From a virus, in IMG/VR virus record IMGVR_UViG_3300024999_000034, positions 1 to 64,000 of that record: a DNA stretch of 64,000 nt, one strand, 5' to 3'. Below, piece after piece: positions 1 to 10,236 of this stretch. The notes under the pieces were generated by a model. That model saw only the letters and a program-made list of their open reading frames with translations, was not told the DNA's origin and ran no database searches. The number at the start of each line of letters is the position of its first letter. Within the stretch, counting starts at the first letter, position 1. The position numbers and the translations under genes were made by a program.

Positions 1-363
1 TTGAACCTGACAATGCATTAATGCTTATATTTTTCTCTATTGGCATTTATTAATCACCTCACTTTCTTTTTAAAAATATTGTCCTGACCATCGTAATTTT
101 GTTCCTAAAGCATTCATTACTTGAATTGATGATACACTCTCAAAATTATATTCCCTTGATTCATTTGCTGGAATATATAGGATATAACCATCAATATTTA
201 TTTTTAGAACAGTGTTTTCTGCTTCTATAAATAATGAATTTAAATTTGCTTTGTTTCCATTAGAATCAGTGAAATTTATAATTTGATTATTGGATGTTAA
301 TACATACCATGGATCATAATTTGCATCACCTATTTTGTTTAAGGGAATACTGCTTATAAAACC

Positions 364-2088
364 CACGGCGAATTCGCGAACCCAGTTTATTCCATGAAAT
401 ATTTTCCATTAGATTAATGAGATATTGACTTCTCAATTACATTAGAACTTAACGTAGTGTTTGGTTATGTTGGCAGTTGGCCCTTCTTTAACAACATCCC
501 ATTTGGACATAGCAAAGCACAGTATGCTCTATTGAGAGATATCTCTAGCCTAGTTTGGAATAGACGTTCTAAAAGTGTAGGCAACGAGAAGTTTCAACGA
601 CACAAATAGGATACACCGGCTATTCAACGTTCCTTGAAATTCAAATCAATCAATGTGTCTCGATAATCGGAGTTCAACAGAGCGTTCAACCGTTTTTTAG
701 GGGTACTCAGTTTAGGTTGAACTGTTTTCTCACTTTTTAGTGTGTTAAAGGCAATTCGTTTTACTAAAGCTAGATTTTGGGCGGCAATTCTTTCCTCTGT
801 TTTATTGCTGTCATCCCCGAACGTCACATCCAGGCTCCAATGCATACTCTCTACACCCCAATGGTTTCGGGCCGCCGCCGCGAAATCAAAAACGTTGGCA
901 ACACTACCTATGTAGTAAGCGGTTTCAATCGTCTTCCTAGTCGGCTCTGCGGGATAGTCTACCTCACGGATGACTTTGCCAATACCAGTAAGTTTTTCCC
1001 AGTCCCGTTTGGCGTCCACCATCCACTCGTTGTCAGTCGAATAAAAGTAGGTTCGTTTTTCAATTCTTCCGTGCCCTTTTTCTAGGGTTTTATGAACACA
1101 TAATTTCCCACTATCACTAACTACATTTATTGGTTCCTCCTGAGTCAGTTTTTGTATTCTTTCCAATTCCCCGGATTGCTCCAAGTCACTAAAGTAGTCT
1201 TTCACTTCCTCTTGAAGAGTTTCCTGGTTTCCTTTGAGGTTGATCACATAATCAGCTTTATTATCCTGCACAATCTTCTTCACGATCTTTTTCTGCGCAC
1301 CCATCGCATCAATAGTGACGATACACCCTTCGATAAACAATTGATCCAATAGTTCAGGAATGGCTGTGATTTCGTTGCTTTTTTCCTCCGTTTTAGTTTG
1401 CCCCATGACCAGACCGTGTGAATGACACAAGGCACTTACAATGTGTATGGCCCTTAGATTTTTGTTTTTGTTCTTAGAACCCTTGGATGTTTTTCCGTCG
1501 ATCGCCACAACATCTTTTGCTGTTAATTCAATGGCATCTTTCATCCAATCTACAAAACTAGCTTGGAACTCTTTGGGTTTGATTGCGCTAAATATCCGTT
1601 TAATCGTGGATAAAGATGGTATACCATTCTCTAAGGTTATGTATTTCCTAAGCCACGCCTGAGTTGAAGGTGCCTCCGCCCAAAAATGGATATCATCCCA
1701 TTCATTAAATCCGCAAATGACCCCCGCCAGTACGATAAACAAGATATCGGTCAATTTGTGTAGCACTTTTCCTTGCTGCCTTGTATCCCCTAGTCCTTCA
1801 AAATGCTCAAAAAAAGCCCCTTTATATAATCCTCTGTTGCTCATACGCATCCCCTTTAGGTATACTTCTGAGCAACATAATATTTCATGTTAGTTTGTTT
1901 GTCCAGCAAATCTTCTAACCGTCTGTGTTCACTAACATTAGCATATTTCTACTCTGCAAAAGTTCATAGAGTAATTCATTAACAAAATATATCGCTCGAT
2001 AAGCAAGAGCCTCACGACAGCTCTTTGTCTAGTGTTGATTCAATTTATATCCATTTTTATTAAATAATTGCTTCGTGAATTCGCCGCG
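364..2088 (-). mobile_element. ISAs1-family insertion sequence, 1725 bp, 18-bp imperfect terminal IRs, 10-bp TSD
   Basis: IRs cacggcgaattcgcgaac (364-381) and cttcgtgaattcgccgcg (2071-2088). TSD ttataaaacc at 354-363 and 2089-2098. GC content higher than flanks. Confidence 0.95.
624..1850 (-). CDS. ISAs1-family DDE transposase
   Basis: Motifs DTRQQGKVLHKL, VVAIDGKT, IVTIDAMG, RNHWGVESMHWSLDVTFGDD are typical of ISAs1 transposases. Confidence 0.95.
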   Translation of the reverse strand: MRMSNRGLYKGAFFEHFEGLGDTRQQGKVLHKLTDILFIVLAGVICGFNEWDDIHFWAEAPSTQAWLRKYITLENGIPSLSTIKRIFSAIKPKEFQASFVDWMKDAIELTAKDVVAIDGKTSKGSKNKNKNLRAIHIVSALCHSHGLVMGQTKTEEKSNEITAIPELLDQLFIEGCIVTIDAMGAQKKIVKKIVQDNKADYVINLKGNQETLQEEVKDYFSDLEQSGELERIQKLTQEEPINVVSDSGKLCVHKTLEKGHGRIEKRTYFYSTDNEWMVDAKRDWEKLTGIGKVIREVDYPAEPTRKTIETAYYIGSVANVFDFAAAARNHWGVESMHWSLDVTFGDDSNKTEERIAAQNLALVKRIAFNTLKSEKTVQPKLSTPKKRLNALLNSDYRDTLIDLNFKER

Positions 2089-2182
2089 TTATAAAACCAC
2101 TGTGGAGCAATTGACCTATCATTTATTATCATTCCTTTCTTTATTTGGATTTTTTGTTGGATTGTTGATTTATAATTAGTAA

Positions 2183-2235
2183 AAAATAAGAGGAAGATGA
2201 GACAATTTATGTTGTCTGTCTCTTCCTCTTATTTT
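2183..2235. terminator. Long inverted repeat, probable intrinsic terminator
   Basis: aaaataagaggaaga (2183-2197) pairs with tcttcctcttatttt (2221-2235). Confidence 0.6.
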
Positions 2236-2296
2236 GATGTATAGATTGAAAACAATTATAGGATTTGCAATTTCTTATAATTGTTTATGTTGTTGG

Positions 2297-3406
2297 TTAT
2301 GATTGTATTAATTTTTCCTTGTAAATCCATCTTAATAAACCAAAATCATAACTTTCTTCAAATTGACTACATTTTACTTTGTTATTATCTAAATCAAATC
2401 TTATATAATGATGACCTCTATTTAAATATTCTTTAGCAAATTGAATAATCTCTAATATTTTTTCATCAGATGGTATTTTATCTGTTTCAGAAATTATACG
2501 TATTTCTCTCCAACCTTTTCTATATAAAGCATACCACCTTCTTTTTTCTGCTTCTATAAACTCTTCTTCTGTCAAATTACCTAGTTTTACTTGGAGTTTA
2601 TGTCCTCCAAGATCAATTTCTACATATATTTTTTCATCAGGAAAAGCAATATCTAATGAAGATGTGTAATGAGGAAAATTCAATTCTCCTCCAATAATAT
2701 TATTTATATGTATTTGTTGTCTAGATGTTGGAGCTGTGTTATTTTTATATAATGATTCTCTTGCTTTTATTTGCAATTCTTTATTTTGCATAGGATAGTC
2801 TACATTGTAATTTTTATTCAATGTAGAAATTTGTTTTAATCTAACATCCTTATCACAAGAAGGGCTATTTCCTCCATACCTTTCATTATTTGTCTCAATT
2901 GTTTTTGCTTTAACTTCTAAGTTTTTTGCCGGACTAGTTTCACCATACTTATCTAAAAAAGTTTGTTCTTTCTTCTTTTTAACCTCTTCATTTTGATTCG
3001 GATTAGAAAAACCATATTTATCTATATTTGTTTTTGATCTTTTTTCTAAGACATCTGGTAAACTATTTGTACTTTCTACGCCATGAACTTTTAAGTTACT
3101 TTCTTTTGTTTTTAAAGATGTGCATTTTTTACAACAATCTTTCTCAATATTTTTATGATTACTAATATAATCCGCATATCTCTTCTTAACTATTTCTTTA
3201 CAACAATAATCACACCTAACTTCTACAAATTCTCTACTATTGGGAGTTAAATCATTTACTTTTACCAATAAAGTTGCTCCACTTGGAATAATTAAATTTC
3301 CTTTATGATTAATAGTTTTTATTGACTCAATATCATACCCTTTTAATTTATAATAATTAGAATTCCTATTATTAATAGATGTATATACCTCTTTTGTTAA
3401 TAACAT
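2297..3406 (-). CDS. Free-standing endonuclease: Zn finger, TNxxKYG-type repeats, C-terminal Vsr/PD-(D/E)XK-like domain
   Basis: CDYC...CCKKC, repeats KTNIDKYGFSNP / TFLDKYGETSP / TNNERYGGNSP, C-terminal LDIAFPDEKIYVEIDLGGH. Start moved to the ATG at 3406 behind GAGGAG. Confidence 0.7.
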   Translation of the reverse strand: MLLTKEVYTSINNRNSNYYKLKGYDIESIKTINHKGNLIIPSGATLLVKVNDLTPNSREFVEVRCDYCCKEIVKKRYADYISNHKNIEKDCCKKCTSLKTKESNLKVHGVESTNSLPDVLEKRSKTNIDKYGFSNPNQNEEVKKKKEQTFLDKYGETSPAKNLEVKAKTIETNNERYGGNSPSCDKDVRLKQISTLNKNYNVDYPMQNKELQIKARESLYKNNTAPTSRQQIHINNIIGGELNFPHYTSSLDIAFPDEKIYVEIDLGGHKLQVKLGNLTEEEFIEAEKRRWYALYRKGWREIRIISETDKIPSDEKILEIIQFAKEYLNRGHHYIRFDLDNNKVKCSQFEESYDFGLLRWIYKEKLIQS

Positions 3407-3534
3407 TTTTATCTCCTCTCTGACTAAGGAATAAATGGGAAAAGAGACCACTTATCAGAATCGTAGTCTCTTTTAATTACTACTATTTAATCTTGCAAAA
3501 TTAAATAGATACCATATGTAATTATTTTAATAAA

Positions 3535-3777
3535 TTATTTCAAAGGCAATATTTTAATATTAAAACATCTGTCAGTATCTATGTCTAAATTTCCTTCATA
3601 TTCAATAGTGATCATATCGCCTTTTTTATATTTTACTGATTGTACTTTAGGATTAGAAAAATTAACTGCACAATACCATCCATTTAAATAAATACAACAA
3701 AAAGTATCTTTGACATCTTCAATTGCAACATTAAATGTTTTTGTAGCAACAATTATTTCTTCATCTGTTTTTGCCAT
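3535..3777 (-). CDS. Hypothetical protein (tail region)
   Basis: 80-aa ORF with AGGAGG RBS. Confidence 0.6.
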   Translation of the reverse strand: MAKTDEEIIVATKTFNVAIEDVKDTFCCIYLNGWYCAVNFSNPKVQSVKYKKGDMITIEYEGNLDIDTDRCFNIKILPLK

Positions 3778-3816
3778 TATAAACCTCCTTGAAAAATATT
3801 ACATATTAATATATAA

Positions 3817-4611
3817 TTACTGAGCAGGAATAAGAGTTTCGTCATAAATCAATAGATACCACATGTCTGTATTTAGAGGACTCTTCAGTGCCTCAATAGG
3901 AATGTCAAGTACACTGGGATCACCCGATGCATTCATTGAAATTTTCCAGCTATCTTCGATTTTCGCATTTGGTACAATAATTTGACCAGCATAATCAGAT
4001 TTAGTGAACTCATCACGTACTAAACAATCCATAGTAAGTTTAAAAGTTCCACCAAAACTAGTAGAAGTTACAGCAATTTTCTTAAGTGTTGCATCACTAT
4101 CTGCTTTATAATATACTCTTGCAACCATACCACTTGCTTCAGCAAATGTTAAAACTTGAGCAGCAATAGAATATTTAGTACCTTGGGCGGCGACTGCATC
4201 AGCTACCAATAAAGTTTTAGGAGTTACGCCATCTGCATCAAGAAGATATACAGAAGTTATTGATTTAAGTTTCTTAGGCAAAGTAAGAGTAGTAACAAGA
4301 TTAGAAATAGTTGCTTCATAAATCATATCTACAGCATGAACACCAGTAGTAATACTATTACCACTCAAAGTTGCGAGGGCAATATTATCAAAGATCGCAT
4401 CCTGGAGCGTAATTTTTACAGCCTTCCCACTCGAAAATCCAATTAATTTTGCGTCACCGCGTCCACCCGTTGAATATTTTGTTTCTGAAGATGTGTCGAT
4501 TTCTGCTGTTTTCAACGTTCTCAACGTTACTACTGCATTATAAGGAGAAGTCAAGCTAGAGAAAGTTACATATGGAGTTTCTTTTATTGTCCAACGATTC
4601 GGAGTTGCCAT
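3817..4611 (-). CDS. Major tail (tube) protein
   Basis: Ala/Thr-rich beta protein (STGGRGDAKLIGF, GQIIVPNAKIEDSWKISMNASGDPSV) downstream of the neck genes. Start MATPNRW at 4611 behind AGAAGGAA. Confidence 0.75.
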   Translation of the reverse strand: MATPNRWTIKETPYVTFSSLTSPYNAVVTLRTLKTAEIDTSSETKYSTGGRGDAKLIGFSSGKAVKITLQDAIFDNIALATLSGNSITTGVHAVDMIYEATISNLVTTLTLPKKLKSITSVYLLDADGVTPKTLLVADAVAAQGTKYSIAAQVLTFAEASGMVARVYYKADSDATLKKIAVTSTSFGGTFKLTMDCLVRDEFTKSDYAGQIIVPNAKIEDSWKISMNASGDPSVLDIPIEALKSPLNTDMWYLLIYDETLIPAQ

Positions 4612-4692
4612 TGTTAAATTCCTTCTTTCTTTAATAGATTTGTATTTATTATTTTTGGTATTATAAAAAACAACAGACATTTTTATCTGTTG

Positions 4693-5412
4693 TTAATTTT
4701 TGATAATGTTCATCCAATTAATGTCTTTCATATTTATTTCTTTTCCATTAACTGTTCCTGCATAAATACCATTTAACGTGAATTGATAATTATCTATTAA
4801 ATTTAAGCGATTTAATGCATCATATAATTGATATATGGTTAAATCCCAAATATTTAATATGTTTAAATTGTTTGATTTGTTTGCAATTCCTGAAATCATA
4901 CTAGGAAAAGTAATTGATTCCTTTATAGGGTTTTCTCTTTTCAAAGCCTTTATTTTTTCAATAATTTTTCTAGCTTGTTCGTTTGCAGGATTATAATCTT
5001 CCTTTTCTCTTTTAACACAATTCTGCATTTGAATTATTTTGCAAATGCTATCCCAATTTTCTCTATTTATTATTTTCTTCTTGTCTAAAACAACATTAAA
5101 TTCTTCATCAATACCAAATTCATTTATATTTTCAATTCTTAAAAATAAACCAATAGCACCAATGAATCCTTCAAATAATTCTTGCAAACCACTTTTTAAA
5201 AATAAATCAAAAATTGTAATATCATTTAACTCTTCAGGAATATCTTTTATAACATCTTCAATTTCTAATGCGAATATATTCATCATTTGTTGATATTTCT
5301 CATGTCCAATCTCAACAATTTCACCAATTGTAAAAGGTTTTATTTCAATTCCATCCACAAAAAAAGAACTACCTTTCAGTAGTCTTAATTCATCGTCCAT
5401 TTTTATATCCAT
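4693..5412 (-). CDS. Conserved phage tail-region protein (SPbeta Yom-like)
   Basis: Lies between the tail-completion-like gene and the tail tube gene, with a good RBS. Confidence 0.5.
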   Translation of the reverse strand: MDIKMDDELRLLKGSSFFVDGIEIKPFTIGEIVEIGHEKYQQMMNIFALEIEDVIKDIPEELNDITIFDLFLKSGLQELFEGFIGAIGLFLRIENINEFGIDEEFNVVLDKKKIINRENWDSICKIIQMQNCVKREKEDYNPANEQARKIIEKIKALKRENPIKESITFPSMISGIANKSNNLNILNIWDLTIYQLYDALNRLNLIDNYQFTLNGIYAGTVNGKEINMKDINWMNIIKN

Positions 5413-5425
5413 TTTCTCACCTCAT

Positions 5426-5929
5426 TCAATTAAAGTCACAATTTTTGAACGAGATTTGATACCCATGCCATTTAGCACTTATAGTAATCCACCTACTAGA
5501 TACAAATTCTAATTTACCAATAGTAGCAATACGTTGTTGATTAAATAAAGTATCAATCTCATTTAAAATACTATATGGCCTTATTTTTGTATCATTCAAT
5601 AACCATAAATCCAAATGTGTAAAAACATTAAATACAATTTTAGAAGTTTTAAATGCATTATTATCTCTACCTAGCGCAAAATCATCTAAAACTATCGTAA
5701 TAATACTTTTTGCTTCATCTTCAATAGTTGGTGTAACGGGAGTAGGAAATAAATTATTTAATAAAATTATACTTGTATCAGGTAAATTTGCTTCTAATAA
5801 AGGTGTTGTGGAAGAATAATATAAAATTTTACATAAATCTTGACTACTTAAAATAGTTTCTATTATTTTTTTAATATTATCATTTAGTTCATTAAATTTA
5901 CTCATATTACCACAACCCAACAATATCAA
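5426..5929 (-). CDS. Putative tail terminator/completion protein
   Basis: Size and synteny after the head-closure gene. Confidence 0.5.
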   Translation of the reverse strand: MILLGCGNMSKFNELNDNIKKIIETILSSQDLCKILYYSSTTPLLEANLPDTSIILLNNLFPTPVTPTIEDEAKSIITIVLDDFALGRDNNAFKTSKIVFNVFTHLDLWLLNDTKIRPYSILNEIDTLFNQQRIATIGKLEFVSSRWITISAKWHGYQISFKNCDFN

Positions 5930-7058
5930 TTACTAAATCTTTATAAATTGTTATATCATCACTCTTTGTTGCTCTTAAAGTAACACTATTACCACTTGTC
6001 GTACCAGCATTAATTACACAACTATCTCCATCTTGACTATTAATAGAAGCATAAGATCCAACTAAACTCCAAACAACATTTATTCCTGTAGTAATTATTC
6101 CATTATTATATATTTTAGCCGTATATATTGATGATTTATTAATTTTAATACTTTCACTTCCAGTAATTACAATTGAATAATCATCAACAGTTGATGCAAC
6201 TACTATAATAGAAATAGTATCACTAACACCACTACTTGTAACTGTAATTGTACAATTTCCATTTGTTACAGCACTTACTAGTCCAGAAGTAGATATAGTT
6301 GCTTTTGTTATATCACTTGAAGCATAAGTAACAGTTGGAGTGGGAGAGAGTATTACATTATCAGCACTAACTTTAACATCCAATTGAATCGTAGAATCTT
6401 GTTGTATGCTAACTGTCGATCCATTTAATATCTCAATACTGAACACAGGCAATACTTGTTGAACTTCGTTATATACCATCTTTAAAATCAATAAACCTGG
6501 AATTGTAATATCATCAATATTTGTAGTTTTCCACGACCTCAACCCAATTCTAAACACATTATTAATCTCAATTTGTCTAGTAATTGAAGTATCACTTATT
6601 TGTACTGCAATTTCTGAATCGAGTGTTGATATTATTTTTTGTTCATCTAGGGAAATTAGACCTTTTGAAATTATACAAGGGATTGTGTGAAGGGTTGAGG
6701 ATTGGTCGTAGAATTGGATGGTGTTGTTGCACCTCTCTATAATCCCAACATCAGATATATTAGAAGTTGTGTCATTATTTACACAAATCCAATTAAAATC
6801 ATCATATTCTACATTTTCACCAACAATTATAGTTTCATTAGGAAAACATAATAATCTTTTTCTATTTGGATTTTTAATAATTGAACTTTCTTCTACAATG
6901 CGTGTTTTCCTATCCATGCCACTAATTTTAACCAAATTATAACTTGTAGAATTTTCAAATTCAGTTGATACTAAATTCTTCATGTTATTTGTAAATAAGG
7001 TTTTTCTATCTAATCCTCTTCTTGCTTGATAATCTGTCCACCAAGTCAATAATATCAA
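5907..7058 (-). CDS. Putative head-closure protein with C-terminal Ig-like (Big_2) domains
   Basis: VTYASSDITKATISTSGLVSAVTNGNCTITVTS is a Big_2-type signature. Synteny supports a neck role. Confidence 0.65.
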   Translation of the reverse strand: MILLTWWTDYQARRGLDRKTLFTNNMKNLVSTEFENSTSYNLVKISGMDRKTRIVEESSIIKNPNRKRLLCFPNETIIVGENVEYDDFNWICVNNDTTSNISDVGIIERCNNTIQFYDQSSTLHTIPCIISKGLISLDEQKIISTLDSEIAVQISDTSITRQIEINNVFRIGLRSWKTTNIDDITIPGLLILKMVYNEVQQVLPVFSIEILNGSTVSIQQDSTIQLDVKVSADNVILSPTPTVTYASSDITKATISTSGLVSAVTNGNCTITVTSSGVSDTISIIVVASTVDDYSIVITGSESIKINKSSIYTAKIYNNGIITTGINVVWSLVGSYASINSQDGDSCVINAGTTSGNSVTLRATKSDDITIYKDLVIDIVGLW

Positions 7059-7093
7059 CCTCCTTTTAAATTTTACAATAAGAAATGGTACAT

Positions 7094-7119
7094 AGGGGGA
7101 GATTTTTATTACTCCCCTC
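7094..7119. terminator. GC-rich hairpin, possible terminator
   Basis: agggggag-N10-ctccccct. Confidence 0.45.
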
Positions 7120-7135
7120 TATATTTATTTAATAA

Positions 7136-7411
7136 TTACATATTTTCTCTTTTACCAATAATTTTTAAAACAGAAGCGTCTGCTGCTGCATTATAATGTA
7201 AAACTTTACAATACTCTTTAAAGTTTTCTAAACTTTGACCTGCTGCCAATTCTATAGCACCATCTTCAGTTACTAAATTGTCTAAGTTTATTGTTACAAC
7301 ATTGGCAGACGTATTACTAATCAAATAAAACCCATTTATATTAAGAGTAACGCTTTGTGCTACAATATTTGCAGTCAGTTTTTTAGATACATACCCAGTT
7401 ATATTTGCCAT
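7136..7411 (-). CDS. Small putative virion/decoration protein
   Basis: 91-aa beta-rich ORF with GAGGAGG RBS inside the structural module. Confidence 0.5.
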   Translation of the reverse strand: MANITGYVSKKLTANIVAQSVTLNINGFYLISNTSANVVTINLDNLVTEDGAIELAAGQSLENFKEYCKVLHYNAAADASVLKIIGKRENM

Positions 7412-7454
7412 TATTAATTCCTCCTCTAAATTTTATTTATTAACATTATTTTGT

Positions 7455-8234
7455 TTATTCGAAAGCTAAAACTTGTACAACATCTCCTGCTATTAAAGCA
7501 GTTGCACCTTGACCAGTAATTCTAATTCTATTTGGTGCGGTTTGAATGGTTGCTCTCCATGTTGTAGGATTTGATTCACCATTTGTATCAGAATGTTGAA
7601 CAATGAATTTTGTTGGAGCAAAAGGCAATGGTATATTAACTTCAACAGCTAATATATCTTGTGCAGTTACAATTCTATCCACAATAACCATTTGCTTTGT
7701 TGCAGAAACAGTGCCTCCGATAGAATTTTCTACTGTACAATTTGCTGCGCTAGTTGTAGTAATAGTTTTATTACCAGCAGTACCAACCGCATCCCATGTT
7801 AGAATTACACTATCACCATTAGCAGATAAAAATGCTGTAAAAGGAACTGTTGCTCTTGTATCTCCATTAATTGCGGCAACTAAACTTGTAGCAGAGTTTG
7901 CAGCACTAGCTCCATTTGTCCAAACTCCATTTGTTACTACTGCTACATCTGCCTCTTGATAATCTACACCGTTAATAGTAACTTTCATACCTGCTTCACC
8001 TGTGGCATTGAAATCAATTACTGACGTTGCCATAGTTCCAGGAAAATTAACCAAAGAATTAATTTGTGCCGATGTAGAAGTTACTGCAACGCCACCAATT
8101 TTAGGAGCAGTAATATCTAATGTGTTAACTTTATTATTTGCATCTGTTATTACTGCTTTTGATGCTATTACCGTACCAGGCGTAATACCGTTATAAACTT
8201 CTATTGACGGTATTTTAGATTCAAAATCACTCAT
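7455..8234 (-). CDS. Putative head fibre/decoration protein
   Basis: Ala/Thr/Val-rich, structural module, AGAGGAGG RBS. Confidence 0.5.
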   Translation of the reverse strand: MSDFESKIPSIEVYNGITPGTVIASKAVITDANNKVNTLDITAPKIGGVAVTSTSAQINSLVNFPGTMATSVIDFNATGEAGMKVTINGVDYQEADVAVVTNGVWTNGASAANSATSLVAAINGDTRATVPFTAFLSANGDSVILTWDAVGTAGNKTITTTSAANCTVENSIGGTVSATKQMVIVDRIVTAQDILAVEVNIPLPFAPTKFIVQHSDTNGESNPTTWRATIQTAPNRIRITGQGATALIAGDVVQVLAFE

Positions 8235-8266
8235 TTTCTAACCTCCTCTTTGTATATTTTTTTAAT

Positions 8267-8704
8267 TTAACTTCCAGACTTATAGAACCTTGAATACAAA
8301 TAACCATCATACAAATAATCATTAACTTTTAATTTAAGTTCTTTGTCATAAACCGTCTTTATTTTATTCATTGTTCCTAATTGATCAGCAGGACTAAACG
8401 TTTTAAAATCCTTATCTGTCAATCTTAATTTAAGTAATTCACCATTATTAATTTTCTCATCTAACCAAACTTTACGCATGTAATCTGCAAGAATCCACAT
8501 TTCTTCTTCAGTTAATGTGTTTGTAAAAGTTTCAGTAGTATCGTCTCTAACTAAATTCTGCTTACATTTTTTAAACAATGTTACAGCCTTAGATAAAGTT
8601 AATTTATTTTCTACAAACATTTGTTCTTCAGTTAAAGATGTTAAATCAAAATCATTTATTTCATGCATGAATTTGGGAAAAACTAAGTCATAGGAAGTGC
8701 TCAT
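8267..8704 (-). CDS. Putative head-tail adaptor
   Basis: Helical 145-aa protein downstream of the capsid gene, DFKTFSPADQL motif. Confidence 0.55.
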   Translation of the reverse strand: MSTSYDLVFPKFMHEINDFDLTSLTEEQMFVENKLTLSKAVTLFKKCKQNLVRDDTTETFTNTLTEEEMWILADYMRKVWLDEKINNGELLKLRLTDKDFKTFSPADQLGTMNKIKTVYDKELKLKVNDYLYDGYLYSRFYKSGS

Positions 8705-8721
8705 TGATTATTTCACACTCC

Positions 8722-9219
8722 TTATTTATCATTCTTTTGTTGATTTTGCTTATTTGCCTTTTCATCTTCTTTTATTAATGTTACTTTTACTTTTGTTCCA
8801 TCTTCAATAGCATCAACTACAGATCCTTTTAAATCATTGTAGTTTTCAACAGCTAATTCAGCTAACAATTCTTTATTGCCATTAGGAAGTTTTTCAATTT
8901 CCTCTTTTAGTTCTTCAGAATTTAGATTTGCCAACATTGTCTTTAATTGAGTATGAAGTTTAATATCTTCATATTTTACATTAAGTCCTAATGCATCAAA
9001 TACATTCTTGTCTTGCACATAAATATCTCCAGTTTGAATTAAATCACTAGTATAAGCCATATTTTCTAATTCAATAAATGGTAAAGTTGATGGTGTTCCT
9101 ATTTTTAACAAGGTAATAGGTCTACCATTTAATTGAATCCAATGAATTTTACTATTAGAATTATTAATTATTCTTACTTTCGTATCTGCATCTAATAGTT
9201 GTGTTTTTTTAGTTACCAT
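8722..9219 (-). CDS. Conserved phage protein following the major capsid gene
   Basis: 165-aa ORF with RBS, identified by synteny only. Confidence 0.5.
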   Translation of the reverse strand: MVTKKTQLLDADTKVRIINNSNSKIHWIQLNGRPITLLKIGTPSTLPFIELENMAYTSDLIQTGDIYVQDKNVFDALGLNVKYEDIKLHTQLKTMLANLNSEELKEEIEKLPNGNKELLAELAVENYNDLKGSVVDAIEDGTKVKVTLIKEDEKANKQNQQKNDK

Positions 9220-9295
9220 TTAATTTATCATTTCCTTTATATTTATTTTAGTGTTATACTGTGTTTGTCTTAATGTATGGTTATGAGGATAGAGA

Positions 9296-10117
9296 TTATG
9301 CTGTTTGTGCGTATTCCCATTTAAACCCTTTATGAGTTTTACGTATTCCATCACAACAACCAATAATATGAGTTTGATTAACTTTGTATTTTTCCCTTAT
9401 ATCTTTGTAAGTATCCCATGTTTCAATTAATTCACCTTCTAATGTAAATTGATTAATCTTTTTATCAAGATTAGGTACAAATACATTAATATCAAAATCT
9501 TCTTGTTCATATTCTGATTTTAAAAACCATAAAAAGTTATGAGCATACTTATATTTGTGAATACATGTTCTAGAAATATCAGAATTAGATATACACAATA
9601 TTTTAGAAGCATAAGTAGCATTTTCCCATTCTTGAATATATACACCATCAATTGTACATTGAATTACAGGATTGCTTTTAGCAATGCTCATATTTTTCTT
9701 ACCTTCGTCTGTTCGCTTAATCCCCTTCATTGATTTACTCATTTTGCTTTTAGTTTCTTCAGAGTGATGGAGACCTAGTTTGCTTTCAGCAGTAGGACAT
9801 ATATTATAAGCAATATCCTTATTACAAGCATCTAATGTATCTATCCAATGCTGTTCACGTTTAATTAAATCGTCTTTAGATTCTACTTTTTCTAGTAAAA
9901 CGACTATAAAATTTTGTGAACCATATTTATTATAAGAGTTTTGTAAATAAGTGTTTTTATGTTTATTATTCCTTAAATCTCTATAATGAGTTAATTTGCG
10001 TTGCCATAAATTTTTAGCACTACCAACATAAAATTTATTGTTTATTAAATTTATAATTAGATAAATACCAGAATACTTCATATCGCTTGTAATAATTTGT
10101 GAATTAATCTGTTCCAA
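9296..10117 (-). CDS. GIY-YIG homing endonuclease with NUMOD3/NUMOD1 DNA-binding modules
   Basis: SGIYLIINLINNKFYVGSAKNLWQR, HSEETKSKMS, KINQFTLEG...HKGFKW. Likely TTG start at 10117 behind AGAAAGGA. Confidence 0.9.
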   Translation of the reverse strand: MEQINSQIITSDMKYSGIYLIINLINNKFYVGSAKNLWQRKLTHYRDLRNNKHKNTYLQNSYNKYGSQNFIVVLLEKVESKDDLIKREQHWIDTLDACNKDIAYNICPTAESKLGLHHSEETKSKMSKSMKGIKRTDEGKKNMSIAKSNPVIQCTIDGVYIQEWENATYASKILCISNSDISRTCIHKYKYAHNFLWFLKSEYEQEDFDINVFVPNLDKKINQFTLEGELIETWDTYKDIREKYKVNQTHIIGCCDGIRKTHKGFKWEYAQTA

Positions 10118-10236
10118 TTCATCATCCTTTCTATGAAAACCTTTCAAATTTGAATAAAACAAAGAAGAGGGTAGAAAGGATACCCTCTTTTAAGACAAAT
10201 TGCGCTATTTATCCTATCTTTGCTTTAAAATAATCT

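Larger units (their letters stand above)
70..2122 (-). pseudogene. Small (~105 aa) probable virion protein interrupted by ISAs1
   Basis: Removing the IS and one TSD restores MIGQLLHSGFISSIPLNKIG..., with ATG at 2122 behind an AGAAAGGA RBS. The 70..366 ORF is the distal part. Confidence 0.85.

Noticed and set aside
3535-5412. Programmed -1 frameshift tail assembly chaperone
   Set aside because: No overlapping ORF pair with a slippery heptamer was identified next to the tail tube gene.
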